A stretch of 64,000 bases of DNA from the human T2T-CHM13v2.0 reference genome, Homo sapiens: the NCBI RefSeq assembly GCF_009914755.1, contig NC_060942.1; one strand, written 5' to 3'. The stretch's first letter is position 1. Every line of letters starts with the position of its first letter. Below the pieces are notes generated by a model. The model was given only the letters and a program-made list of their open reading frames with translations. It searched no databases and was not told the DNA's origin. The position numbers and the translations under genes are program-made. This document shows positions 1 to 11,700 of this stretch, piece by piece.

Positions 1-305
1 GACAGAAGCATTCTCAGAAACTTCTTTGGGATGTTTGCATTCAAGTCACAGAGTAGAACATTCCCTTTGGTAGAGCAGGTTTGAAACACTCTTTTTGTAG
101 TATCTGGAAGTGGACATTTGGAGCGCTTTCAGGCCCATGTTGGAAAGGGAAATATCTTCCCGTAACAACTAGGCAGAAGCATTCTCAGAAACTTATTTGA
201 GATGTGTGTACCCAACTAAGAGAACTGAACCACCGTTTTGAAGGAGTAGTTTTGAAACACTCTTTTTCTGGAATCTGCAAGAGTATATTTGCCTAGCCTT
301 GAGGA

Positions 306-322
306 TTTCGTTGGAAACGGGA
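306..322 (+). other. CENP-B box, HOR position 1 (representative; repeated in each HOR)
   Basis: TTTCGTTGGAAACGGGA matches the consensus YTTCGTTGGAARCGGGA. Confidence 0.97.
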
Positions 323-647
323 TTGTCTTCAGATAAAATCTAGACAGAAGCATTCTCAGAAACTTCTTTGAGATGTTTGCATTCAAGTCACAGAGTAGAA
401 CATTCCCTTTGGTAGAGCAGGTTTGAAACACTCTTTTTTTAGTATATGGAAGTGGACATTTGGAGCGCTTTCAGGCCTACGTTGGAAAAGGAAATATCTT
501 CCCATAACAACTAGACAGAAGCATTCTCAGAAACTAGTTTCTGATGTGTGTCCTCAACTAACACAGTTGTACATTTCTTTAGACAGAACAGTTTTGAAAC
601 ACTCTTTTTGTGGAATCTGCAAGTGGATATTGGGCTAGATTTGAGGA

Positions 648-664
648 TTTCGTTGGAAACGGGA
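648..664 (+). other. CENP-B box, HOR position 2 (representative)
   Basis: TTTCGTTGGAAACGGGA, exact consensus, 342 bp after box 1. Confidence 0.97.
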
Positions 665-985
665 TTACATATAAAAAGCAGTCAGCAGCATTCTCAGAAA
701 GTTCTTTGTGATGATTGCATTCAAGTCACAGAATTGAACATTCCCTTTCATAGAGCAGGTTTGAAACACTCTTTTTGTAGTGTGTGTAAGTGGACATTTG
801 GAGCGCTTTCCGGCCTAAGGTGAAAAAGGACATATCTTCCCATAAAAACTAGACAGAAGCATTCTCAGAAACTTACTCGTGATGTGTGTCCTCAACTAAA
901 GGAGTAGAACCTTTCTATTCATAGATAAGTTTTGAAACGCTCTTTTTGTGGAATCTCCAAGTGGATATTTGGCTAGTTTTGAGGA

Positions 986-1002
986 TTTCGTTGGAAGCGG
1001 GA
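986..1002 (+). other. CENP-B box, HOR position 3 (representative; overlaps the EcoRI site)
   Basis: TTTCGTTGGAAGCGGGA, consensus with R=G, 338 bp after box 2. Confidence 0.97.
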
Positions 1003-1323
1003 ATTCATACAAATTGCAGACTGCAGCGTTCTGAGAAACATCTTTGAGATGTTTGTATTCAAGACACAGAGATGAACATTCCCTATCATAGAGCATGTTG
1101 GAATCACTCCTTTTGTAGTATCTGGAAGTGGACATTTGGAGCGCTTTCAGGCCTATGTTGAAAAAGGAAATATCTTCCCATAACAACTAGACACAAGCAT
1201 TCTCAGAAACTTGTTTGTGATGTGTGCCCTCTACTGACAGAGTTGAACCTTTCTTTTCATAGAGCAGTTTTGAAACACTGTTTTTGTAGAATCCGCAAGA
1301 GGATATTTGCATAGCTTTGAGGA

Positions 1324-1340
1324 TTTCGTGGGAAACGGGA
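1324..1340 (+). other. CENP-B box, HOR position 4 (variant with intact core; representative)
   Basis: TTTCGTGGGAAACGGGA differs from consensus only at a degenerate position of NTTCGNNNNANNCGGGN. Confidence 0.9.
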
Positions 1341-2174
1341 TTGTCTTCAGGTAAAATCTAGACAGAAGCATTCTCAGAAACTTCTTTGGGATGTTTGCAT
1401 TCAAGTCACAGAGTAGAACATTCCCTTTGGTAGAGCAGGTTTGAAACACTCTTTTTGTAGTATCTGGAAGTGGACATTTGGAGCGCTTTCAGGCCCATGT
1501 TGGAAAGGGAAATATCTTCCCGTAACAACTAGGCAGAAGCATTCTCAGAAACTTATTTGAGATGTGTGTACTCAACTAAGAGAATTGAACCACCGTTTTG
1601 AAGGAGCAGTTTTGAAACCCTCTTTTTCTGGAATCTGCAAGAGTATATTTGCCTAGCCTTGAGGATTTCGTTGGAAACGTGATTGTCTTCAGATCAAATC
1701 TAGACAGAAGCATTCTCAGAAACTTCTTTGGGATGTTTGCATTCAAGTCACAGAGTAGAACATTCCCTTTGGTAGAGCAGGTTTGAAACACTCTTTTTTT
1801 AGTATATGGAAGTGGACATTTGGAGTGCTTTCAGGCCTACGTTGGGAAAGGAAATATCTTCCCATAACAACTAGACAGAAGCATTCTCAGAAACTAGTTT
1901 CTGATGTGTGTCCTCAACTAACACAGTTGTACATTTCTTTATACAGAACAGTTTTGAAACACTCTTTTTGTGGAATCTGTAAGTGGATATTGGGCTAGAT
2001 TTGAGGATTTCGTTGGAAACGGGATTACATATAAAAAGCAGACAGCAGCATTCTCAGAAAGTTCTTTGTGATGATTGCATTCAAGTCACAGAATTGAACA
2101 TTCCCTTTCACAGAGCAGGTTTGAAACACTCTTTTTGTAGTGTGTGTAAGTGGACATTTGGAGCGCTTTCCGGC

Positions 2175-2191
2175 CTAAGGTGAAAAAGGAA
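2175..2191 (-). other. pJ-alpha-type site (A box) of an A-type monomer (representative)
   Basis: CTAAGGTGAAAAAGGAA on + (TTCCTTTTTCACCTTAG on -) occupies the position homologous to the CENP-B box in alternate monomers. The other three A monomers carry CTATGTTGAAAAAGGAA, CCATGTTGGAAAGGGAA and CTACGTTGGAAAAGGAA. Confidence 0.8.
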
Positions 2192-5100
2192 ATATCTTCC
2201 CATAAAAACTAGACAGAAGCATTCTCAGAAACTTACTCGTGATGTGTGTCCTCAACTAAAGGAGTAGAACCTTTCTATTCATAGAGAAGTTTTGAAACGC
2301 TCTTTTTGTGGAATCTCCAAGTGGATATTTGGCTAGTTTTGAGGATTTCGTTGGAAGCGGGAATTCATACAAATTGCAGACTGCAGCGTTCTGAGAAACA
2401 TCTTTGTGATGTTTGTATTCAGGACACAGAGATGAACATTCCCTATCATAGAGCAGGTTGGAATCACTCCTTTTGTAGTATCTGGAAGTGGACATTTGGA
2501 GCGCTTTCAGGCCTATGTTGAAAAAGGAAATGTCTTCCCATAACAACTAGACACAAGCATTCTCAGAAACTTGTTTGTGATGTGTGCCCTCTACTGACAG
2601 AGTTGAACCTTTCTTTTCATAGAGCAGTTTTGAAACACTCTTTTTGTAGAATCTGCAAGAGGATATTTGCATAGCTTTGAGGATTTCGTGGGAAACGGGA
2701 TTGTCTTCAGGTAAAATCTAGACAGAAGCATTCTCAGAAACTTCTTTGGGATGTTTGCATTCAAGTCACAGAGTAGAACATTCCCTTTGGTAGAGCAGGT
2801 TTGAAACACTCTTTTTCTAGTATCTGGAAGTGGACATTTGGAGCGCTTTCAGGCCCATGTTGGAAAGGGAAATATCTTCCCGTAACAACTAGGCAGAAGC
2901 ATTCTCAGAAACTTATTTGAGATGTGTGGACTCAACTAAGAGAATTGAACCACCGTTTTGAAGGAGCAGTTTTGAAACCCTCTTTTTCTGGAATCTGCAA
3001 GAGTATATTTGCCTAGCCTTGAGGATTTCGTTGGAAACGGGATTGTCTTCAGATAAAATCTAGACAGAAGCATTCTCAGAAACTTCTTTGGGATGTTTGC
3101 ATTCAAGTCACAGAGTAGAACATTCCCTTTGGTAGAGCAGGTTTGAAACACTCTTTTTTTAGTATATGGAAGTGGACATTTGGAGCGCTTTCAGGCCTAC
3201 GTTGGAAAAGGAAATATCTTCCCATAACAACTAGACAGAAGCATTCTCAGAAACTAGTTTCTGATGTGTGTCCTCAACTAAAACAGTTGTACATTTCTTT
3301 ACACAGAACAGTTTTGAAACACTCTTTTTGTGGAATCTGCAAGTGGATATTGGGGTAGATTTGAGGATTTCGTTGGAAACGGGATTACATATAAAAAGCA
3401 GACAGCAGCATTCTCAGAAAGTTCTTTGTGATGATTGCATTCAAGTCACAGAATTGAACATTCCCTTTCACAGAGCAGGTTTGAAACACTCTTTTTATAG
3501 TGTGTGTAAGTGGACATTTGGAGCGCTTTCCGGCCTAAGGTGAAAAAGGACATATCTTCCCATAAAAACTAGACAGAAGCATTCTCAGAAACTTACTCGT
3601 GATGTGTGTCCTCAACTAAAGGAGTAGAACCTTTCTATTCATAGAGAAGTTTTGAAACGCTCTTTTTGTGGAATCTCCAAGTGGATATTTGGCTAGTTTT
3701 GAGGATTTCGTTGGAAGCGGGAATTCATACAAATTGCAGACTGCAGCGTTCTGAGAAACATCTTTGTGATGTTTGTATTCAGGACACAGAGATGAACATT
3801 CCCTATCATAGAGCAGGTTGGAATCACTCCTTTTGTAGTATCTGGAAGTGGACATTTGGAGCGCTTTCAGGCCTATGTTGAAAAAGGAAATATCTTCCCA
3901 TAACAACTAGACACAAGCATTCTCAGAAACTTGTTTGTGATGTGTGCCCTCTACTGACAGAGTTGAACCTTTCTTTTCATAGAGCAGTTTTGAAACACTC
4001 TTTTATAGAATCCGCAAGAGGATATTTGCATAGCTTTGAGGATTTCGTGGGAAACGGGATTGTCTTCAGGTAAAATCTAGACAGAAGCATTCTCAGAAAC
4101 TTCTTTGGGATGTTTGCATTCAAGTCACAGAGTAGAACATTCCCTTTGGTAGAGCAGGTTTGAAACACTCTTTTTGTAGTATCTGGAAGTGGACATTTGG
4201 AGCGCTTTCAGGCCCATGTTGGAAAGGGAAATATCTTCCCGTAACAACTAGGCAGAAGCATTCTCAGAAACTTATTTGAGATGTGTGTACTCAACTAAGA
4301 GAATTGAACCACCGTTTTGAAGGAGCAGTTTTGAAACCCTCTTTTTCTGGAATCTGCAAGAGTATATTTGCCTAGCCTTGAGGATTTCGTTGGAAACGGG
4401 ATTGTCTTCAGATAAAATCTAGACAGAAGCATTCTCAGAAACTTCTTTGGGATGTTTGCATTCAAGTCACTGAGTAGAACATTCCCTTTGGTAGAGCAGG
4501 TTTGAAACACTCTTTTTTTAGTATATGGAAGTGGACATTTGGAGCGCTTTCAGGCCTACGTTGTAAAAGGAAATATCTTCCCATAACAACTAGACAGAAG
4601 CATTCTCAGAAACTAGTTTCTGATGTGTGTCCTCAACTAACACAGTTGTACATTTCTTTAGACAGAACAGTTTTGAAACACTCTTTTTGTGGAATCTGCA
4701 AGTGGATATTGGGCTAGATTTGAGGATTTCGTTGGAAACGGGATTACATATAAAAAGCAGACAGCAGCATTCTCAGAAAGTTCTTTGTGATGATTGCATT
4801 CAAGTCACAGAATTGAACATTCCCTTTCACAGAGCAGGTTTGAAACACTCTTTTTGTAGTGTGTGTAAGTGGACATTTGGAGCGCTTTCCGGCCTAAGGT
4901 GAAAAAGGAAATATCTTCCCATAAAAACTAGACAGAAGCATTCTCAGAAACTTACTCGTGATGTGTGTCCTCAACTAAAGGAGTAGAACCTTTCTATTCA
5001 TAGAGAAGTTTTGAAACGCTCTTTTTGTGGAATCTCCAAGTGGATATTTGGCTAGTTTTGAGGATTTCGTTGGAAGCGGGAATTCATACAAATTGCAGAC

Positions 5101-5989
5101 TGCAGCGTTCTGAGAAACATCTTTGTGATGTTTGTATTCAGGACACAGAGATGAACATTCCCTATCATAGAGCAGGTTGGAATCACTCCTTTTGTAGTAT
5201 CTGGAAGTGGACATATGGAGCGCTTTCAGGCCTATGTTGAAAAAGGAAATATCTTCCCATAACAACTAGACACAAGCATTCTCAGAAACTTGTTTGTGAT
5301 GTGTGCCCTCTACTGACAGAGTTGAACCTTTCTTTTCATAGAGCAGTTTTGAAACACTCTTTTATAGAATCCGCAAGAGGATATTTGGATAGCTTTGAGG
5401 ATTTCGTGGGAAACGGGATTGTCTTCAGGTAAAATCTAGACAGAAGCATTCTCAGAAACTTCTTTGGGATGTTTGCATTCAAGTCACAGAGTAGAACATT
5501 CCCTTTGGTAGAGCAGGTTTGAAACACTCTTTTTGTAGTATCTGGAAGTGGACATTTGGAGCGCTTTCAGGCCCATGTTGGAAAGGGAAATATCTTCCCG
5601 TAACAACTAGGCAGAAGCATTCTCAGAAACTTATTTGAGATGTGTGTACTCAACTAAGAGAATTGAACCACCGTTTTGAAGGAGCAGTTTTGAAACCCTC
5701 TTTTTCTGGAATCTGCAAGAGTATATTTGCCTAGCCTTGAGGATTTCGCTGGAAACGGGATTGTCTTCAGATAAAATCTAGACAGAAGCATTCTCAGAAA
5801 CTTCTTTGGGATGTTTGCATTCAAGTCACTGAGTAGAACATTCCCTTTGGTAGAGCAGGTTTGAAACACTCTTTTTTTAGTATATGGAAGTGGACATTTG
5901 GAGCGCTTTCAGGCCTACGTTGGAAAAGGAAATATCTTCCCATAACAACTAGACAGAAGCATTCTCAGAAACTAGTTTCTGATGTGTGT

Positions 5990-8700
5990 CCTCAACTACC
6001 ACAGTTGTACATTTCTTTACACAGAACAGTTTTGAAACACTCTTTTTGTGGAATCTGCAAGTGGATATTGGGCTAGATTTGAGGATTTCGTTGGAAACGG
6101 GATTACATATAAAAAGCAGTCAGCAGCATTCTCAGAAAGTTCTTTGTGATGATTGCATTCAAGTCACAGAATTGAACATTCCCTTTCCAGAGCAGGTTTG
6201 AAACACTCTTTTTGTAGTGTGTGTAAGTGGACATTTGGAGCGCTCTCCGGCCTAAGGTGAAAAAGGACATATCTTCCCATAAAAACTAGACAGAAGCATT
6301 CTCAGAAACTTACTCGTGATGTGTGTCCTCAACTAAAGGAGTAGCACCTTTCTATTCATAGAGAAGTTTTGAAACGCTCTTTTTGTGGAATCTCCAAGTG
6401 GATATTTGGCTAGTTTTGAGGATTTCGTTGGAAGCGGGAATTCATACAAATTGCAGACTGCAGCGTTCTGAGAAACATCTTTGTGATGTTTGTATTCAGG
6501 ACACAGAGATGAACATTCCCTATCATAGAGCAGGTTGGAATCACTCCTTTTGTAGTATCTGGAAGTGGACATTTGGAGCGCTTTCAGGCCTATGTTGAAA
6601 AAGGAAATATCTTCCCATAACAACTAGACACAAACATTCTCAGAAACTTGTTTGTGATGTGTGCCCTCTACTGACAGAGTTGAACCTTTCTTTTCATAGA
6701 GCAGTTTTGAAACACTCTTTTTGTAGAATCTGCAAGAGGATATTTGCATAGCTTTGAGGATTTCGTGGGAAACGGGATTGTCTTCAGGTAAAATCTAGAC
6801 AGAAGCATTCTCAGAAACTTCTTTGGGATGTTTGCATTCAAGTCACAGAGTAGAACATTCCCTTTGGTAGAGTAGGTTTGAAACACTCTTTTTGTAGTAT
6901 CTGGAAGTGGACATTTGGAGCGCTTTCAGGCCCATGTTGGAAAGGGAAATATCTTCCCGTAACAACTAGGCAGAAGCATTCTCAGAAACTTATTTGAGAT
7001 GTGTGGACTCAACTAAGAGAATTGAACCACCGTTTTGAAGGAGCAGTTTTGAAACCCTCTTTTTCTGGAATCTGCAAGAGTATATTTGCCTAGCCTTGAG
7101 GATTTCGTTGGAAACGGGATTGTCTTCAGATAAAATCTAGACAGAAGCATTCTCAGAAACTTCTTTGGGATGTTTGCATTCAAGTCACAGAGTAGAACAT
7201 TCCCTTTGGTAGAGCAGGTTTGAAACACTCTTTTTTTAGTATATGGAAGTGGACATTTGGAGCGCTTTCAGGCCTACGTTGGAAAAGGAAATATCTTCCC
7301 ATAACAACTAGACAGAAGCATTCTCAGAAACTAGTTTCTGATGTGTGTCCTCAACTACCACAGTTGTACATTTCTTTACACAGAACAGTTTTGAAACACT
7401 CTTTTTGTGGAATCTGCAAGTGGATATTGGGCTAGATTTGAGGATTTCGTTGGAAACGGGATTACATATAAAAAGCAGTCAGCAGCATTCTCAGAAAGTT
7501 CTTTGTGATGATTGCATTCAAGTCACAGAATTGAACATTCCCTTTCCAGAGCAGGTTTGAAACACTCTTTTTGTAGTGTGTGTAAGTGGACATTTGGAGC
7601 GCTCTCCGGCCTAAGGTGAAAAAGGACATATCTTCCCATAAAAACTAGACAGAAGCATTCTCAGAAACTTACTCGTGATGTGTGTCCTCAACTAAAGGAG
7701 TAGCACCTTTCTATTCATAGAGAAGTTTTGAAACGCTCTTTTTGTGGAATCTCCAAGTGGATATTTGGCTAGTTTTGAGGATTTCGTTGGAAGCGGGAAT
7801 TCATACAAATTGCAGACTGCAGCGTTCTGAGAAACATCTTTGTGATGTTTGTATTCAGGACACAGAGATGAACATTCCCTATCATAGAGCAGGTTGGAAT
7901 CACTCCTTTTGTAGTATCTGGAAGTGGACATTTGGAGCGCTTTCAGGCCTATGTTGAAAAAGGAAATATCTTCCCATAACAACTAGACACAAACATTCTC
8001 AGAAACTTGTTTGTGATGTGTGCCCTCTACTGACAGAGTTGAACCTTTCTTTTCATAGAGCAGTTTTGAAACACTCTTTTTGTAGAATCTGCAAGAGGAT
8101 ATTTGCATAGCTTTGAGGATTTCGTGGGAAACGGGATTGTCTTCAGGTAAAATCTAGACAGAAGCATTCTCAGAAACTTCTTTGGGATGTTTGCATTCAA
8201 GTCACAGAGTAGAACATTCCCTTTGGTAGAGTAGGTTTGAAACACTCTTTTTGTAGTATCTGGAAGTGGACATTTGGAGCGCTTTCAGGCCCATGTTGGA
8301 AAGGGAAATATCTTCCCGTAACAACTAGGCAGAAGCATTCTCAGAAACTTATTTGAGATGTGTGGACTCAACTAAGAGAATTGAACCACCGTTTTGAAGG
8401 AGCAGTTTTGAAACCCTCTTTTTCTGGAATCTGCAAGAGTATATTTGCCTAGCCTTGAGGATTTCGTTGGAAACGGGATTGTCTTCAGATAAAATCTAGA
8501 CAGAAGCATTCTCAGAAACTTCTTTGGGATGTTTGCATTCAAGTCACAGAGTAGAACATTCCCTTTGGTAGAGCAGGTTTGAAACACTCTTTTTTTAGTA
8601 TATGGAAGTGGACATTTGGAGCGCTTTCAGGCCTACGTTGGAAAAGGAAATATCTTCCCATAACAACTAGACAGAAGCATTCTCAGAAACTAGTTTCTGA
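5990..8700 (+). repeat. Tandem duplication of a single variant-rich HOR (two apparently identical 1359-bp units)
   Basis: CTACCACAG, CAGTCAG, the CCCTTTCCAG 1-bp deletion, GCTCTCCGG, GTAGCACC, CAAACATT, AGAGTAGG and GTGTGGACT all recur at +1359. Confidence 0.9.
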
Positions 8701-11700
8701 TGTGTGTCCTCAACTAAAACAGTTGTACATTTCTTTACACAGAACAGTTTTGAAACACTCTTTTTGTGGAATCTGCAAGTGGATATTGGGGTAGATTTGA
8801 GGATTTCGTTGGAAACGGGATTACATATAAAAAGCAGACAGCAGCATTCTCAGAAAGTTCTTTGTGATGATTGCATTCAAGTCACAGAATTGAACATTCC
8901 CTTTCACAGAGCAGGTTTGAAACACTCTTTTTGTAGTGTGTGTAAGTGGACATTTGGAGCGCTTTCCGGCCTAAGGTGAAAAAGGACATATCTTCCCATA
9001 AAAACTAGACAGAAGCATTCTCAGAAACTTACTCGTGATGTGTGTCCTCAACTAAAGGAGTAGAACCTTTCTATTCATAGAGAAGTTTTGAAACGCTCTT
9101 TTTGTGGAATCTCCAAGTGGATATTTGGCTAGTTTTGAGGATTTCGTTGGAAGCGGGAATTCATACAAATTGCAGACTGCAGCGTTCTGAGAAACATCTT
9201 TGTGATGTTTGTATTCAGGACACAGAGATGAACATTCCCTATCATAGAGCAGGTTGGAATCACTCCTTTTGTAGTATCTGGAAGTGGACATTTGGAGCGC
9301 TTTCAGGCCTATGTTGAAAAAGGAAATATCTTCCCATAACAACTAGACACAAGCATTCTCAGAAACTTGTTTGTGATGTGTGCCCTCTACTGACAGAGTT
9401 GAACCTTTCTTTTCATAGAGCAGTTTTGAAACACTGTTTTTGTAGAATCCGCAAGAGGATATTTGCATAGCTTTGAGGATTTCGTGGGAAACGGGATTGT
9501 CTTCAGGTAAAATCTAGACAGAAGCATTCTCAGAAATTTCTTTGGGATGTTTGCATTCAAGTCACAGAGTAGAACATTCCCTTTGGTAGAGCAGGTTTGA
9601 AACACTCTTTTTGTAGTATCTGGAAGTGGACATTTGGAGCGCTTTCAGGCCCATGTTGGAAAGGGAAATATCTTCCCGTAACAACTAGGCAGAAGCATTC
9701 TCAGAAACTTATTTGAGATGTGTGTACCCAACTAAGAGAACTGAACCACCGTTTTGAAGGAGCAGTTTTGAAACACTCTTTTTCTGGAATCTGCAAGAGT
9801 ATATTTGCCTAGCCTTGAGGATTTCGTTGGAAACGGGATTGTCTTCAGATAAAATCTAGACAGAAGCATTCTCAGAAACTTCTTTGAGATGTTTGCATTC
9901 AAGTCACAGAGTAGAACATTCCCTTTGGTAGAGCAGGTTTGAAACACTCTTTTTTTAGTATATGGAAGTGGACATTTGGAGCGCTTTCAGGCCTACGTTG
10001 GAAAAGGAAATATCTTCCCATAACAACTAGACAGAAGCATTCTCAGAAACTAGTTTCTGATGTGTGTCCTCAACTAACACAGTTGTACATTTCTTTAGAC
10101 AGAACAGTTTTGAAACACTCTTTTTGTGGAATCTGCAAGTGGATATTGGGCTAGATTTGAGGATTTCGTTGGAAACGGGATTACATATAAAAAGCAGACA
10201 GCAGCATTCTCAGAAAGTTCTTTGTGATGATTGCATTCAAGTCACAGAATTGAACATTCCCTTTCACAGAGCTGGTTTGAAACACTCTTTTTGTAGTGTG
10301 TGTAAGTGGACATTTGGAGCGCTTTCCGGCCTAAGGTGAAAAAGGAAATATCTTCCCATAAAAACTAGACAGAAGCATTCTCAGAAACTTACTCGTGATG
10401 TGTGTCCTCAACTAAAGGAGTAGAACCTTTCTATTCATAGAGAAGTTTTGAAACGCTCTTTTTGTGGAATCTCCAAGTGGATATTTGGCTAGTTTTGAGG
10501 ATTTCGTTAGAAGCGGGAATTCATACAAATTGCAGACTGCAGCGTTCTGAGAAACATCTTTGTGATGTTTGTATTCAGGACACAGAGATGAACATTCCCT
10601 ATCATAGAGCAGGTTGGAATCACTCCTTTTGTAGTATCTGGAAGTGGACATTTGGAGCGCTTTCAGGCCTATGTTGAAAAAGGAAATATCTTCCCATAAC
10701 AACTAGACACAAGCATTCTCAGAAACTTGTTTGTGATGTGTGCCCTCTACTGACAGAGTTGAACCTTTCTTTTCATAGAGCAGTTTTGAAACACTCTTTT
10801 ATAGAATCCGCAAGAGGATATTTGCATAGCTTTGAGGATTTCGTGGGAAACGGGATTGTCTTCAGGTAAAATCTAGACAGAAGCATTCTCAGAAACTTCT
10901 TTGGGATGTTTGCATTCAAGTCACAGAGTAGAACATTCCCTTTGGTAGAGCAGGTTTGAAACACTCTTTTTGTAGTATCTGGAAGTGGACATTTGGAGCG
11001 CTTTCAGGCCCATGTTGGAAAGGGAAATATCTTCCCGTAACAACTAGGCAGAAGCATTCTCAGAAACTTATTTGTGATGTGTGTACTCAACTAAGAGAAT
11101 TGAACCACCGTTTTGAAGGAGCAGTTTTGAAACCCTCTTTTTCTGGAATCTGCAAGAGTATATTTGCCTAGCCTTGAGGATTTCGTTGGAAACGGGATTG
11201 TCTTCAGATAAAATCTAGACAGAAGCATTCTCAGAAACTTCTTTGGGATGTTTGCATTCAAGTCACTGAGTAGAACATTCCCTTTGGTAGAGCAGGTTTG
11301 AAACACTCTTTTTTTAGTATATGGAAGTGGACATTTGGAGCGCTTTCAGGCCTACGTTGGAAAAGGAAATATCTTCCCATAACAACCAGACAGAAGCATT
11401 CTCAGAAACTAGTTTCTGATGTGTGTCCTCAACTAACACAGTTGTACATTTCTTTAGACAGAACAGTTTTGAAACACTCTTTTTGTGGAATCTGCAAGTG
11501 GATATTGGGCTAGATTTGAGGATTTCGTTGGAAACGGGATTACATATAAAAAGCAGACAGCAGAATTCTCAGAAAGTTCTTTGTGATGATTGCATTCAAG
11601 TCACAGAATTGAACATTCCCTTTCACAGAGCAGGTTTGAAACACTCTTTTTGTAGTGTGTGTAAGTGGACATTTGGAGCGCTTTCCGGCCTAAGGTGAAA

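Larger units (their letters stand above)
1001..2360 (+). repeat. Representative 8-mer HOR unit (EcoRI to EcoRI, 1360 bp); probable D18Z1 (S2C18H1L, chromosome 18) 8-mer
   Basis: The unit length is seen directly, with four dimers of 338/342/342/338 bp measured box to box. The chromosome call rests on recall: D18Z1 is an SF2 array with a ~1.36 kb EcoRI unit, and I recall ATGTGTGTCCTCAACTAAAG (882-901) and GAATTCATACAAATTGCAGACTGCAGCGTTCTGAG as chr18 alphoid sequence. Other SF2 8-mers (D14Z9/D22Z1, D20Z2 or D8Z2 variants) are not formally excluded. Confidence 0.75.

Noticed and set aside
328-372. Short dyads and palindromes (TCTAGA, AGCGCT, TTCTCAGAA) as special structural elements
   Set aside because: They are short and generic to alphoid monomers; I found no long hairpin.
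668-680. TATA-like CATATAAAAAG after CENP-B box 2
   Set aside because: This is an ordinary AT-rich part of the monomer; promoter activity cannot be inferred from sequence.
5744-10518. CENP-B box variants TTCGCTGG (5749, also 43471 and 50269) and TTCGTTAG (10509, also 57747) as loss of function
   Set aside because: The changes fall in degenerate positions and the 9-bp core remains intact.
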